Source of the DNA: an uncultured Nitrososphaerota archaeon | Lineage (GTDB): Archaea > Thermoproteota > Nitrososphaeria > Nitrososphaerales > CADDZS01 | Reading direction: 5' to 3' | Assembly: GCA_963799845.1 (NCBI GenBank) | Contig: CAWCYI010000006.1 | Coordinates: 800,001-864,000, forward strand | DNA length: 64,000 nt | Shown here: piece after piece, positions 1-9,710 of the stretch | Layout of the letters: each line of letters starts with the position of its first letter | How positions within the stretch are numbered: position 1 is the first letter of the stretch | Notes under the pieces: model-generated | Database searches by the model: none | What the model was told of the DNA's origin: nothing | The model's input: only the letters and a program-made list of their open reading frames with translations | Made by a program: the position numbers and the translations under genes

Positions 1-1642
1 GCTGCCCAAACCGTAGAATCTTATCCTGATCCGATCGAGAATTTGTGGGAAGAGAAGAAGCTACAGGATCTTCCCGGAATCGGCGAGAACATCGAGAAGA
101 AGATAGACGAAATCCTGCGAACGGGGAAACTTCAGGCCCTCGAAAAAGCGAAATCTCGCATCCCGGTCGATGTGCCTTCTCTCATAAAGATAGAAGGCGT
201 CGGTCCGAAAACAGTGAAGCTGCTTTACTCCCAGCTCAAGATAAGGAGCATTGACGACCTGGAGGCTGCGATCAGAGCCGGAAAGCTTCGCGATTTCAAA
301 GGCCTTGGAGTAAAGTCCGATGAAATCCTGCTTGAGCGGGTGAGCGCGACAAGGCTGCAATCAAACAGGATATTGCTTGCCCAGGCGGTTCCGCTGGCCG
401 AAAGGGTCGAGAAAACTCTGAAGGAGATTCCAGACGTGAGTCGGATCGCGTTTGCAGGATCATTCCGTCGCATGAAGGAAACCATCGGTGACTTTGACAT
501 TATTCTTGAGACCGACGAACCTAAGCAAGCCATTGATTTTTTCACCAAGAATGAAGACGAAATCAAAGAGGTCATCTCAGCCGGCGATACGAAGGCGTCC
601 GTCAAACTACAGAATAACAACTTCCAAGTTGACGTCAGAGTAATCCCTGAAAGATCATGGGGTGCCGCCCTGCTTTACTTCACAGGCTCGAAGACTCACA
701 ACATCGAGCTCAGAACAATTGCGATAAAGAAGGGGCTTCGTTTGAACGAGTACGGTCTGTTCAAGACTTCGGATGAGACGGTTATGGTAGCCGGAAGAAC
801 AGAACAGGAGATCTATTCCGTTTTGGGGATGGACTATATTGAACCAGAGCTCAGGGAAAACAGGGGCGAGATCCAGGCTGCGATTTCACACAACCTGCCC
901 AAGCTCGTAACACTCAAGGAAATTCGAGGCGACCTTCAAATACACACGACTTACAGTGACGGAAGGGAATCGATTGGGGCGATGGCCGACAAGGCGAGAA
1001 GCCTCGGCTACGAGTATATCGCAATTACAGACCACGTTGGTTCTCTCAAAATTGCCAACGCGATGGATGAAGCTGAGAATAAATGAGCAGAAGAAGGAAA
1101 TCGATAAGCTGAACGATTCGTTCGAAAAATCTGGAGACAACTTTCACATCTTTCAAGGAGCCGAAGTCAACATAAAATCTGATGGCAAACTCGACATGCC
1201 TGATTCAGTCCTGAAGCAGATTGAACTAGTACTCGCATCAATTCACGGTGGATTCACTGACAATTCTGAAAAAATCACAATGCGGCTGGTCTCGGCAATG
1301 GAAAATGAAAACGTCGATATTATCGCTCACCCAACGGGACGACTGATCTTCGAACGGAGCGGCTACACATTCGACTTGCGAAAGATCATCGATACAGCCA
1401 AAAACACCGAGACCATTTTGGAAATCGACGCGCACGCCAATCGGCTCGACCTAAATGATGAGAACGCGAGGGAAGCAGTGAAGGCCGGCGTTTTGATGAG
1501 CGTTGACACCGATTCCCACGAATCGTCAGAAATGGACTATATGGCGCTAGGAATTGGACAGGCGAGGAGAGCCTGGGCAAAGAAGGAAGATATTCTCAAC
1601 ACCTCCAGTAGAGACGAGATTGAGAAGTATCTTCAGATCTGA
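1..1642 (+). CDS. polX: Family X DNA polymerase with C-terminal PHP domain (PolX-PHP); 5' end outside the window; single-base frameshift near 1075
   Basis: Frame is open from base 1. It shows HhH motifs (LPGIGE, IEGVGPK), GSFRR..ETIGDFD, VDVR, LYFTGSKTHN and PELREN. PHP motifs follow (DLQIHTTYSDG, ITDH, AHPTGR, DTDSH). Removing one base at GCT-G-AGA (~1075) joins ORFs 43..1086 and 956..1642. Confidence 0.93.
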
Positions 1643-1644
1643 CG

Positions 1645-2124
1645 CTAGTGCATATCTCGAGTTCTTCTAAACTCCACCTTCATGCACCGGTCATACACGA
1701 TCTTAATCCCGACTGCAGCAATTTTCTCTTCTGCTTCCGGGTTATGGATTCCGAGCTGCTCCCAGAACACTTTGGGTTTTTTTTCTATTACATCCTCAAC
1801 GTAGTTAGAAACGTCTTCACTGGGTCTGAATACATCGACAATGTCAACGGAGCCTGGGACGTCTGAAAGCCTCTTGTAGGCCCTCTGCCCCAAGATCTCA
1901 TCAGCGGTCGGATTCACGGGAATCACTTTGAACCCATTCTTGATCAAATATTCAGGAATCTTGTAGGCGTCCTTCTCGGGATTCTTTGACATCCCGATAA
2001 CGGCAACCGTCTTGTTCGTTTTCAAAATGTCCGAAATCTCGTCTTGAGTAGCATTCTGGACCGGCAAATTTTCCACACTTTTCAAGTGCGAGTCCGGGAG
2101 ATTTAATCGTAATGATGAATTCAT
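1645..2124 (-). CDS. CoA-binding protein (YccU-like)
   Basis: AVIGMSKNPEK, VIPVNP, VDIVDVFRPS, WEQLGI, DRCMK; start codon uncertain. Confidence 0.88.
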   Translation of the reverse strand: MNSSLRLNLPDSHLKSVENLPVQNATQDEISDILKTNKTVAVIGMSKNPEKDAYKIPEYLIKNGFKVIPVNPTADEILGQRAYKRLSDVPGSVDIVDVFRPSEDVSNYVEDVIEKKPKVFWEQLGIHNPEAEEKIAAVGIKIVYDRCMKVEFRRTRDMH

Positions 2125-2229
2125 CTGCGTTACCTTTATTTCAGAATTTTTTTAGGTTAATCTTACGTTTCCACCGCTCTAGCAAAGATTAGAAAATAAT
2201 TCCAGCTCCGTTCAATTTGGTGAAGCATT

Positions 2230-2805
2230 ATGAAATACACAGAGAGGATTGTCGGCCCTGATCGAGAAAAAGAGTTCATCGTTCTTTCAAACATGGAAGA
2301 AAAGTACGAGAAAAAAGATGCTTCGTTTTTCAATCAGATCCTGAAGAAGGAACCATCTCTGGTCGTGAGGGTACATGCCGTGACGGTCCTGTCCGAGATC
2401 GGAGACGAGAGTTCCGTTCCGGTACTCGCCGATGTTATGAAGAAAGATCCCAGTCCGCTTATTCGACATGAAGCGGCGTTTTCCCTCGGACAGATGGGAC
2501 TAAAGAGTGCAGTTCCATATCTAATTGACGCTGCTCTAAATGATCCCTCCGAGATTGTAAGGCATGAGTCGGCCGCCGCATTGGGTGCCATCGGGGATGA
2601 AAGAGGGAGGGATGCGCTTGAGAAAGCAAGCAAGGACACCAGCGATGAAGTCCGAGGCTCAGCGATTGCCTCTCTTTTCAATCTGGATTTTGTCAAATAC
2701 TCGAGCTCAAGACAAAAAGTGGATGCCGAAAAATTGGCTGTCGAGATAGAAGAGAAAAGAAAAAGGGCGTCGAAATACCCCAAGAAGAAAATGCCGCATC
2801 CTTGA
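2230..2805 (+). CDS. HEAT/PBS-lyase repeat protein with two His-Glu motifs (half deoxyhypusine-hydroxylase-like)
   Basis: IRHEAAFSLGQMG and VRHESAAALGAIG repeats, with the His residues 32 aa apart. Confidence 0.85.
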   Translation: MKYTERIVGPDREKEFIVLSNMEEKYEKKDASFFNQILKKEPSLVVRVHAVTVLSEIGDESSVPVLADVMKKDPSPLIRHEAAFSLGQMGLKSAVPYLIDAALNDPSEIVRHESAAALGAIGDERGRDALEKASKDTSDEVRGSAIASLFNLDFVKYSSSRQKVDAEKLAVEIEEKRKRASKYPKKKMPHP

Positions 2806-2850
2806 TCGTAAATGGATAATGAAATATAGTGGAGTTCGCCCTAGTAATCT

Positions 2851-2994
2851 ATGGAAAATAGTTCATCGGTTCATCCAGCCGTTTGCAACCGACATAACAT
2901 AAGACTGCGGACTGACGAGCACGGTAAAATGTCCTGTCCAGTTTGTGAACAGATTAGTACCCAGCAGGCTGCTCGGAGAGGCAGACGCCGGTAG
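2851..2994 (+). CDS. 47-aa zinc-knuckle microprotein (CxxH-x13-CPxC) with Arg-rich tail; not in the ORF track
   Basis: Manual translation MENSSSVHPAVCNRHNIRLRTDEHGKMSCPVCEQISTQQAARRGRRR*; clear paralog at 23472-23621. Confidence 0.85.
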   Translation: MENSSSVHPAVCNRHNIRLRTDEHGKMSCPVCEQISTQQAARRGRRR

Positions 2995-3065
2995 GTTTTG
3001 CTGAATATCTTCCTCCATAGCCCTTTCGAAATGGAGGATAGACAAGTATTTCGTATCTTATTCGC

Positions 3066-3530
3066 TCAGACCTGTTCGACCATCGAATCAGAGTCTGATT
3101 GTGAATCGCCGGAATCCGATTCTTCCTGTTCTTCAGAACTTTCGTCGCCGGATTCTTCGACAATCTCGCCTCCACCTTCGACCAAGGAGGCGTTTGCAAA
3201 TCTTGCACTAACTCTCTCGATCTTTATCTTGACCTTGGCCTCGGCATCTGCTTTTGCCCCGGGTACGAAAATAACAAATCCAGACACCTTGGCAACGCCC
3301 TCGCCCCTCCGGGAGAGCTCGCCGATCGTAACTGTGTACTCTTTTCCAACTTCCACAGGTGCGTCAGCTGGTGCAAACCGGCTCCCCCCGCTACCGCCGC
3401 CACCTCCGCCGTAAGATGGTCTGTATCCGCCGTAACCGCCGCTTCGTCTGCCGCGTCCATCCCTGCTACCTCCGCTTCCGGAGCTCGTCCGTCGTCCTCG
3501 GTTCTTCCCGCGATTGTCGCTATATCCCAT
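3066..3530 (-). CDS. Single TRAM-domain RNA-binding protein with RG/GG-rich N-terminus and acidic tail
   Basis: APVEVGKEYTVTIGELSRRGEGVAKVSGFVIFVPGAK...KIKIERVSARFANA. Confidence 0.92.
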   Translation of the reverse strand: MGYSDNRGKNRGRRTSSGSGGSRDGRGRRSGGYGGYRPSYGGGGGGSGGSRFAPADAPVEVGKEYTVTIGELSRRGEGVAKVSGFVIFVPGAKADAEAKVKIKIERVSARFANASLVEGGGEIVEESGDESSEEQEESDSGDSQSDSDSMVEQV

Positions 3531-3556
3531 GATACATTCCGTTGCCCTGATAACTT

Positions 3557-5221
3557 CTAGTAGTCCATTCCGCCCATGCCGCCAGGTCCTCCCGGCGGAG
3601 GTCCCGGAGGAGCTTTCATCTTTCCAGAGGCAATCATGTCATCAACACGCAGGATCATCTCGGCGGCTTCCGAGGCGGCCCTAATAATCTGCTCCTTTAC
3701 GGCCGCCGGTTCGATTACATTGTCTCCCCACATGTCTGAGACTTTGCCCGTCCTGACATTGATTCCAAACCACTTTTTGCCCTGACCGTGCTTTGCCCTC
3801 ATGTCAACTTCAGTATCGATTGGGTCCATGCCGGCGTTGTGAGCGAGTGTTTGAGGAATTGACTCGAGCGCGTCTGCAAATTTTGCGACCGCCAGTTGTT
3901 CTCTCCCAGAAAGTTTATTGGACCATTCCCTCAGCTTACCGGCGATCTCCTGCTCTGGAGCTCCCCCACCCGCAACGATGAGTGGTTTTTCCATGACATC
4001 CTTCACGACCATTATTGCATCGTGCATGGATCGCTCGACCTCATCCACGACCCTTTGAGAGCCGCCGCGGATTAGTATGGTAACCGCCTTTGGATTCTTG
4101 GACCCCTCGACGAAGACCCATTTATCCTGCTCCACTTTTCTTTCCTCCACTAGCTGAGCTCGACCAAGGTCCTTTTCAGTCAAATCATCAAGGTTGCTGA
4201 CAATTCTTCCGCCGGTAGCCTTTGCCAACTTTGTCAGATCAGACTCCTTCGCTCTCCTTACTGCCAGGATCTTTTTCTTAGAAAGATAATGCTGTGCGAT
4301 GTCATCTATCCCTTTTTGGCATATGAGGACGTTAGCGCCGGCAGACGCAATCTTGTCAACCATGGCAGAAAGCATCGAATTTTCTTCTTCCAGAAATCTT
4401 TTCATTTGGGATGGATCGTTGATTCTGATCTCAGCGGAGAATTCCGTCTTTTCAATTTCCAAAGGAGAATTCACAAGAGCAATCTTTGCGTCTTCAATTC
4501 TCTTAGGCATCCCGGGATGAACGACTTCCTTGTCTAAAACGATTCCTTTGATCAGCCGTGTATCACTTGTAGATCCCCCAGGTTTTTTCTCGACCTTTAC
4601 ATTATCAATGTCCACTTTGAATTTGCCTTCATCCGTCTTGTCGGCTATTTGGAGCAGGGCAGTTACCACAATCTCGCCAAGCTCAGCGCTGTCATTCGAT
4701 ACAAGCTTTGATTGCATGCTTGTCTCAGCAACTTGTTTGAGGGCAACTTTGTCCCCCGGTTTAACGCTGACTGCAATCTCATTCAGAAATTCGATAGCCT
4801 TGTCCGAGGCCTTGGAGTACCCGTCAACAATAATCGTTGGATGGACTCCCTTGTCGATCAAATCCTCAGCCTGCTCTAAAAGAGCACCAGCAAAGACGAC
4901 TGCAGAAGTAGTGCCATCGCCAACCTCGTTATCGGTAGTTTTCGAAATTTCGATTATCATTTTGGCTGCCGGGTGCTGAACGTCAATCTCTTTTAGAATG
5001 GTCGCGCCGTCGTTGGTTATCGTAACGTCCCCCATGCTGTCAACCAGCATCTTGTCCATACCCCTGGGACCTAAACTGGTCTTTACAATCTCTGCGATCA
5101 ACTTGGCTGCAAAGATGTTGTTTCGCTGGGCGTCATTGCCCTTGGTCTGAGAAGACCCTTCCTTCAGAATGAGAACCTGTTGACCTGTCGAGGTCGTCGC
5201 GGGAATCGCTGTTGCTGACAT
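3557..5221 (-). CDS. ths: Thermosome (group II chaperonin) subunit
   Basis: [33 protein letters not shown] and a GGM-rich tail. Confidence 0.98.
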   Translation of the reverse strand: MSATAIPATTSTGQQVLILKEGSSQTKGNDAQRNNIFAAKLIAEIVKTSLGPRGMDKMLVDSMGDVTITNDGATILKEIDVQHPAAKMIIEISKTTDNEVGDGTTSAVVFAGALLEQAEDLIDKGVHPTIIVDGYSKASDKAIEFLNEIAVSVKPGDKVALKQVAETSMQSKLVSNDSAELGEIVVTALLQIADKTDEGKFKVDIDNVKVEKKPGGSTSDTRLIKGIVLDKEVVHPGMPKRIEDAKIALVNSPLEIEKTEFSAEIRINDPSQMKRFLEEENSMLSAMVDKIASAGANVLICQKGIDDIAQHYLSKKKILAVRRAKESDLTKLAKATGGRIVSNLDDLTEKDLGRAQLVEERKVEQDKWVFVEGSKNPKAVTILIRGGSQRVVDEVERSMHDAIMVVKDVMEKPLIVAGGGAPEQEIAGKLREWSNKLSGREQLAVAKFADALESIPQTLAHNAGMDPIDTEVDMRAKHGQGKKWFGINVRTGKVSDMWGDNVIEPAAVKEQIIRAASEAAEMILRVDDMIASGKMKAPPGPPPGGPGGMGGMDY

Positions 5222-5408
5222 TTTATTCTATTCTCTGAACTTGACCTTCGGTTGCGCTCATAAGTCTAGCGTTCAGATAGGTTACTGGCTCAACCCGATA
5301 GTATTCTTCGTTCAGCGGGTAATCTCGGCCCCAGGAGGCGAAGACGGATTTAGAGTGTCAAGATGTTGATGCGAGGATTAAATATGCCCCTAGATTATTG
5401 AATTTCAG

Positions 5409-5807
5409 ATGTCCTTCAAGGATGAGGTCAACGATGCTATCATGCATGTGGTTAGTCTAAGACAAATAATCCAGTTGAGCCGGCCCCGTCGCTTAGGAGA
5501 AAAATTCGACGCTGAGAAGGAGAAAAAGAAGGCGGAGACCATTGCCGATTCGAAAAAGAAACTTGAAGATATACCTGCTGAAAAGGTCGAGAATGTCATC
5601 GCGCTTGCCTCACAAAGCACTCCTATAGAAAGTGATGAGATTGTTCACAAGCTGGAGAGGTTGGAATTCCTGCTTGAAGATATGAGCAAAGGCAAAGACA
5701 AAAGGAGCAACTTGTCGTTCTTGATTGAATCTCTCAGAGTAAATACGATCATTTACAGCACGCTGTCCTCGGTAAAGAGTCTTCAGAAAATCATCACCGG
5801 TACCTAA
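5409..5807 (+). CDS. Hypothetical helical protein
   Basis: 132-aa ATG ORF filling the gap, preceded by a TATA-like attaaata (~5377). Confidence 0.65.
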   Translation: MSFKDEVNDAIMHVVSLRQIIQLSRPRRLGEKFDAEKEKKKAETIADSKKKLEDIPAEKVENVIALASQSTPIESDEIVHKLERLEFLLEDMSKGKDKRSNLSFLIESLRVNTIIYSTLSSVKSLQKIITGT

Positions 5808-5854
5808 CAGTCCGCTGCTCCAATCGCATTCGATGCGGCAGTTTCTACATCAAC

Positions 5855-7088
5855 TTCAACTTCTCCCGCCTGAAGGCAGGGAGATTGTGACTGTCGAAAA
5901 AAGAGGCGCTACAATAGGCTTGTTGAATCGAGCCCTCGAAGCTATGTTTCTTGCAGCGATATAATCTGCCATAGCCTCCAAACCGCAGGAGATACAACGG
6001 AAGATATCTCTTGACGGTCTATTCTTTTTGTCTATGAAGTGGCATTCTGGACATTCTCTTGAAGTGTTTCTGGGGTCCACGATTGCGATAGGAACCCCTT
6101 CGCGTTTTGCTTTGTACTCGAGGAAGAAACGCAGTTCTCCAAATGCCCACTTTGAGTGCCTGTCTCGATGTGAGTGCCTAACTGTTGCCCTCGACCGAAG
6201 GCCCTTCAAGTCTTCGAGGGCTATTCGTCGATTTGTGCCTTTGGCTTTCAAGACCATCCGTTTTGCAATCACGTGGTTCGTATCCCTCTTGAAGCGGCGT
6301 TCCCTGCCTGAAATAATCTTGAGCTTCCTCTGCGCAGATCTATGCGTCGATGTTGCCTTGGCTCTTTGGAGGGAAGCTCTCAGCTTGCTGTATCTTTGCC
6401 TAGTTTGCTCCACCTGTTTTCCTGAAAAGACCTCACCATCGCTATCCGTTGCCAGATTGTGTACGCCCAGATCCACGCCGAGGGTTTCCTTTGCTTGGTA
6501 CTGCGATGCTTCAGGAGCTTCCACGACGGCAATCAGGTAGAATACGCGATTTCGATAAATTAGGTCGGCCTGCCCACGCAATCCAGAGAGTGCCCTTGCC
6601 CTTTGATACTCGCCTACTCTAGTTTTGAGTTTGATTCTCCCGTTCAGGGTCAGCAGGGATACGAAGTCTATTCCCTTCCATGAGAGATTGCGCTGGTCGT
6701 ACTGGATTGCACCGATCATTCTGAAGCGAAGCTGTCTTGACCTGTCTCGTTTGTAGGCCTCGACTGCCTTGCTTATCACTCGGACTGTAAACTGAGCACT
6801 GAGGTGGAAGCATTCACGAATTTCAGGGTAGAGTAGCTTTTGGAGTGCGTACTTGTTTGCGAGTTTTAACTCAAATGCTTTTTCAGCGATGAAATTTGCA
6901 GCCGAGTTGTAGCGCCTCATAGTCTCCAGCAATAGCTCTTTCTCTTGCCTGTTGGTTTCGAGTCTTATCTGGAGAGACTGAAGCACTGACTCCCACGTTC
7001 CCAAAATCAATTATTAAAAGCCTATAGCGTGTTCTATAGCGCAATTCCTCCCCGACCTAAAGTTCGGGGCTTCCGTTGCGCGGTTATT
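5855..7088 (-). mobile_element. IS200/IS605-family element carrying tnpB only (IS1341-type), both ends intact
   Basis: On the - strand the left end is TTCAC|aataaccgcgcaacG-GAAG-CCCCGAACTTTAGGTCGGGG (hairpin) and the right end is CAAT-CTCCCTGCCTTCAGGCGGGAG-aagt-TGAA|. Both guide/cleavage tetranucleotide pairs (GAAG/TCAC, CAAT/TGAA) follow the IS608 pairing rule. Confidence 0.9.
5856..7010 (-). CDS. tnpB: RNA-guided endonuclease TnpB
   Basis: RuvC motifs GVDLG, IALEDL and ADYIAARNI; zinc finger CPEC...CISC. Confidence 0.95.
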   Translation of the reverse strand: MILGTWESVLQSLQIRLETNRQEKELLLETMRRYNSAANFIAEKAFELKLANKYALQKLLYPEIRECFHLSAQFTVRVISKAVEAYKRDRSRQLRFRMIGAIQYDQRNLSWKGIDFVSLLTLNGRIKLKTRVGEYQRARALSGLRGQADLIYRNRVFYLIAVVEAPEASQYQAKETLGVDLGVHNLATDSDGEVFSGKQVEQTRQRYSKLRASLQRAKATSTHRSAQRKLKIISGRERRFKRDTNHVIAKRMVLKAKGTNRRIALEDLKGLRSRATVRHSHRDRHSKWAFGELRFFLEYKAKREGVPIAIVDPRNTSRECPECHFIDKKNRPSRDIFRCISCGLEAMADYIAARNIASRARFNKPIVAPLFSTVTISLPSGGRS

Positions 7089-7134
7089 GTGAAACCATTA
7101 AGCAGATATGGCGGTTTGACGCAAGAGCTCCTGT

Positions 7135-7560
7135 ATGTCAGAAGTTAAGCAAACGAAGGAGGAGTACAATTCACTTCTCGCACGGTTGAGGGCCGCTAGA
7201 CCCGAAGGTATTTCGCGTTCTGAAGATCGTCTAAGGCTTCCTGATCCGAGGACGATGGTCTCCGGGAAGAAGACTTACTGGATCAATTTCATCGATTTTC
7301 CAAATATGCTTAGACGAGATCCGAACGAGTTTCTCAATTACTTCAGGAGCCAGCTTGCAATTAATGCTTCCATTGAAAACGGCAGGGCAATATTCATGGG
7401 TCGGCCGGACAAACACTCTTTCTCCGCTCTCTTGCAGAGGTACTTGAAAGAGCGGGTTATATGTCCGGTATGCAACAGCCCGGATACCCACCTCGAGAAA
7501 GAAAAACAGCTCACGACCATAGTCTGCGAAGCTTGCGGCGCCCGTTCGGCGGCCAAATAA
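7135..7560 (+). CDS. eif2b: Translation initiation factor aIF2 beta subunit
   Basis: EYNSLLAR, KTYWINF, LRRDP and zinc ribbon CPVCNSPDT...CEACGA. Confidence 0.93.
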   Translation: MSEVKQTKEEYNSLLARLRAARPEGISRSEDRLRLPDPRTMVSGKKTYWINFIDFPNMLRRDPNEFLNYFRSQLAINASIENGRAIFMGRPDKHSFSALLQRYLKERVICPVCNSPDTHLEKEKQLTTIVCEACGARSAAK

Positions 7561-7604
7561 GACACGTCTAAGCATAGGATTTTATCCTAGTGATCTTGCC
7601 TTAG

Positions 7605-7850
7605 TTGGCCATGGTAGCCAAAGCATTCGTTCTCATAAATGCCGAACTCGGATCCGAGATGGACACTGTTCACTCGATAAAAAGTATTCCGAACGTGATG
7701 GAGGCATATCTGGTTTATGGAACGTATGATATCATCGTGAAGGTGGAAGGAGAATCGCTGGATAAAGTCAAGGATACGATAACTCACAAGTTACGAACGC
7801 TTCCAAATGTGAGATCGACTCTGTCGATGGTAGTCGTAGAGGAACAGTGA
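7605..7850 (+). CDS. Stand-alone Lrp/AsnC ligand-binding (RAM) domain protein
   Basis: KAFVLINAELG...VYGTYDIIVKVE...VRSTLSM. Confidence 0.9.
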   Translation: MAMVAKAFVLINAELGSEMDTVHSIKSIPNVMEAYLVYGTYDIIVKVEGESLDKVKDTITHKLRTLPNVRSTLSMVVVEEQ

Positions 7851-7900
7851 ACACGCATCACAGGGTAGTTTTCTACCTTGTGATTAGATTCTTCGGCACT

Positions 7901-8155
7901 TTAGTTGAAGTACAACGGATTCGAGAGTCTAGAGATTCTCGATCGTGGAGGAGGGACGCCAAGCCTTGCGCTAGTTCTTCTTCTCGCAGCAGTTCCACTG
8001 CATCTCTCTGAGCAGTACTTCCTTCTTCCCACGAGTCCTGACATATTGTCCATGGGTGTACCGCAGAATTCACAGTATTGCTGAACCACTTCTTGTTTTG
8101 TCTTTCTTTGAGGCATCTTGTAAATGCAGTGAGGGATTATCTTCCGAGCATACAT
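7901..8155 (-). CDS. Small putative zinc-binding protein (CxxC...YCSxxC)
   Basis: CEFCG...RRKYCSERC; true start probably the MPQRK ATG. Confidence 0.6.
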   Translation of the reverse strand: MYARKIIPHCIYKMPQRKTKQEVVQQYCEFCGTPMDNMSGLVGRRKYCSERCSGTAARRRTSARLGVPPPRSRISRLSNPLYFN

Positions 8156-8232
8156 AGGATTGAGGGTACAAACTCGTTAATTGGAAGGTCTATTTTTCTT
8201 GAAAATGGCAAAGCGGCTCCTCTCATGAGAGG

Positions 8233-8628
8233 TTAATTAACCTCCTGGGCTCTTGGCGAGAAAAAGTGCTTGAAGTACCAGAGAAGATAAGAAGCCCACA
8301 GCCACAATACCGTTAGAGTCCCGTAAAGAGCCAGAAAATCGATCGGCGCATAAAGAATGTACCCGACGACCCCGTGGCTGTAGAATTTCAATGGAAGCAG
8401 ATTCGCCTCGTTGAATTGATTTACAACTCGTTGAAGATAGAACGACTGGACCGTGTCGATTCCAGTCAAAAAAGCGGAGATCATTCCCAGAAGGATCATA
8501 TTGTGGCGATTAATCGTTTCCGAAAACCATGCATTCGCAACCGCGACCTTGCCGACTCCTAACTGAGTTTTCAGCATCCTTTTTCCGCCAGGCGCAGAAA
8601 CAACAGCCTCATCGGAGGAATTCGTCAT
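8233..8628 (-). CDS. Hypothetical membrane protein
   Basis: Two to three hydrophobic segments with D...NEAN motif. Confidence 0.65.
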   Translation of the reverse strand: MTNSSDEAVVSAPGGKRMLKTQLGVGKVAVANAWFSETINRHNMILLGMISAFLTGIDTVQSFYLQRVVNQFNEANLLPLKFYSHGVVGYILYAPIDFLALYGTLTVLWLWASYLLWYFKHFFSPRAQEVN

Positions 8629-8935
8629 GGATCGCTGATACGGAGTACCGCTCCACTTGTTTTTAAGTTTGATATGATGAAGGCCGATGTACTTTCCGGA
8701 TTCCGCGTTGCCCTAAAAGATAGCGAGATCCGATATCTCGACGCATATACTTCCCCTGATCATTGTTTTTTCTTCGGCCGTTAGCGTCGGGCTATATTTT
8801 CACCCGCGGATTACGCATGGCGATAAGGTCAAAGAGTAGGACACCCTTTAACGATCAAAGTCCAGAAGGCTGATTTGCATTGGCAAATCAAAGAGTGGCT
8901 ATCCGAAGACAATCGAAAAAAACGAGAGTGTGAAA

Positions 8936-9271
8936 CTAATCGGTAATCGAATAACCTCTGACACGAATCAAAGCTATCAAGTCTTCTAGCCCCGTGTAGT
9001 TCCAGTTTGATAGTTTGAACCGATTTTTCAACTCCTCAATTATCGTGGTTTCGATGATTCTTGATCCATTTTTGAAAATATCTCTGATTGCGTTGCAGAA
9101 AAGATCTGGCCGCTCGATGAGATCTTCTTTCTTTAGTTTAGTTTCTAGGCTGAATTTCCAGTAGACCACTATCGCCACTGCCTGTCCAAACTTAGAAAAC
9201 GCTCTGTCGATGCAGATCAATATTTCCGAATTCAAGTCTAGAATTTCAGCTTGTTCAGCCACGGATTTCAC
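8936..9271 (-). CDS. DUF3227/NitrOD5-like small protein typical of Nitrososphaerota
   Basis: IDRAFSKFG.AV..VVYW.F...LKKEDL.ERPDLF..AIRDIF..GSRIIE pattern. Confidence 0.7.
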   Translation of the reverse strand: MKSVAEQAEILDLNSEILICIDRAFSKFGQAVAIVVYWKFSLETKLKKEDLIERPDLFCNAIRDIFKNGSRIIETTIIEELKNRFKLSNWNYTGLEDLIALIRVRGYSITD

Positions 9272-9381
9272 CTAAAGTCATTGAGCCATTCAGTCAGAAA
9301 CATTAACCGGAATATATCCAAATTGGATGTTTTCCATACATATCGAAGTACGATACAAATACTCAAAATTAACTGATTCGA

Positions 9382-9564
9382 TTATTCGCGAGAATCTGAA
9401 AGGTAAACCGTGTAACTCTCGTTACAATTAGAGCATTTGATCGTTTTTTCCTCGAAGTCGTCGGAACCAGGTTTCTTCAAAGTCGTCTTGAGGGAACCCG
9501 ACGATGGCATGCTGACTTCATTGGGAACCATACATTCGGGACATGAAACTAGGAGATCTTCCAT
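9382..9564 (-). CDS. Small zinc-ribbon protein
   Basis: CPEC ... KCSNCN in a 60-aa ATG ORF. Confidence 0.7.
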   Translation of the reverse strand: MEDLLVSCPECMVPNEVSMPSSGSLKTTLKKPGSDDFEEKTIKCSNCNESYTVYLSDSRE

Positions 9565-9710
9565 GAATCCGCCCTGGGTTATACAGCGTAATTAAACGCT
9601 TGGCCCTCCCGGTTGATCAAATTCCTTGTTTCGATTCTAACTTTGAAACTATATCGGGAATTCACAACCCTTTTTCTAGGAACTCTCATGATTGAACCAG
9701 CGACGATTTT

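Noticed and set aside
2998-4979. Antisense ORFs over TRAM/thermosome (and similar shadows elsewhere, e.g. 21867..22307, 19670..20299, 6028..6540)
   Set aside because: They are shadow frames of well-supported genes on the opposite strand.
5222-5400. Possible structured leader or sRNA upstream of the thermosome gene
   Set aside because: No convincing stems or known motif seen by eye; may just hold divergent promoters.
8674-8759. Possible C/D-box sRNA (ATGATGA ... CTGA)
   Set aside because: The ~85-nt span is long for archaeal C/D guides and no convincing internal C'/D' pair was found.
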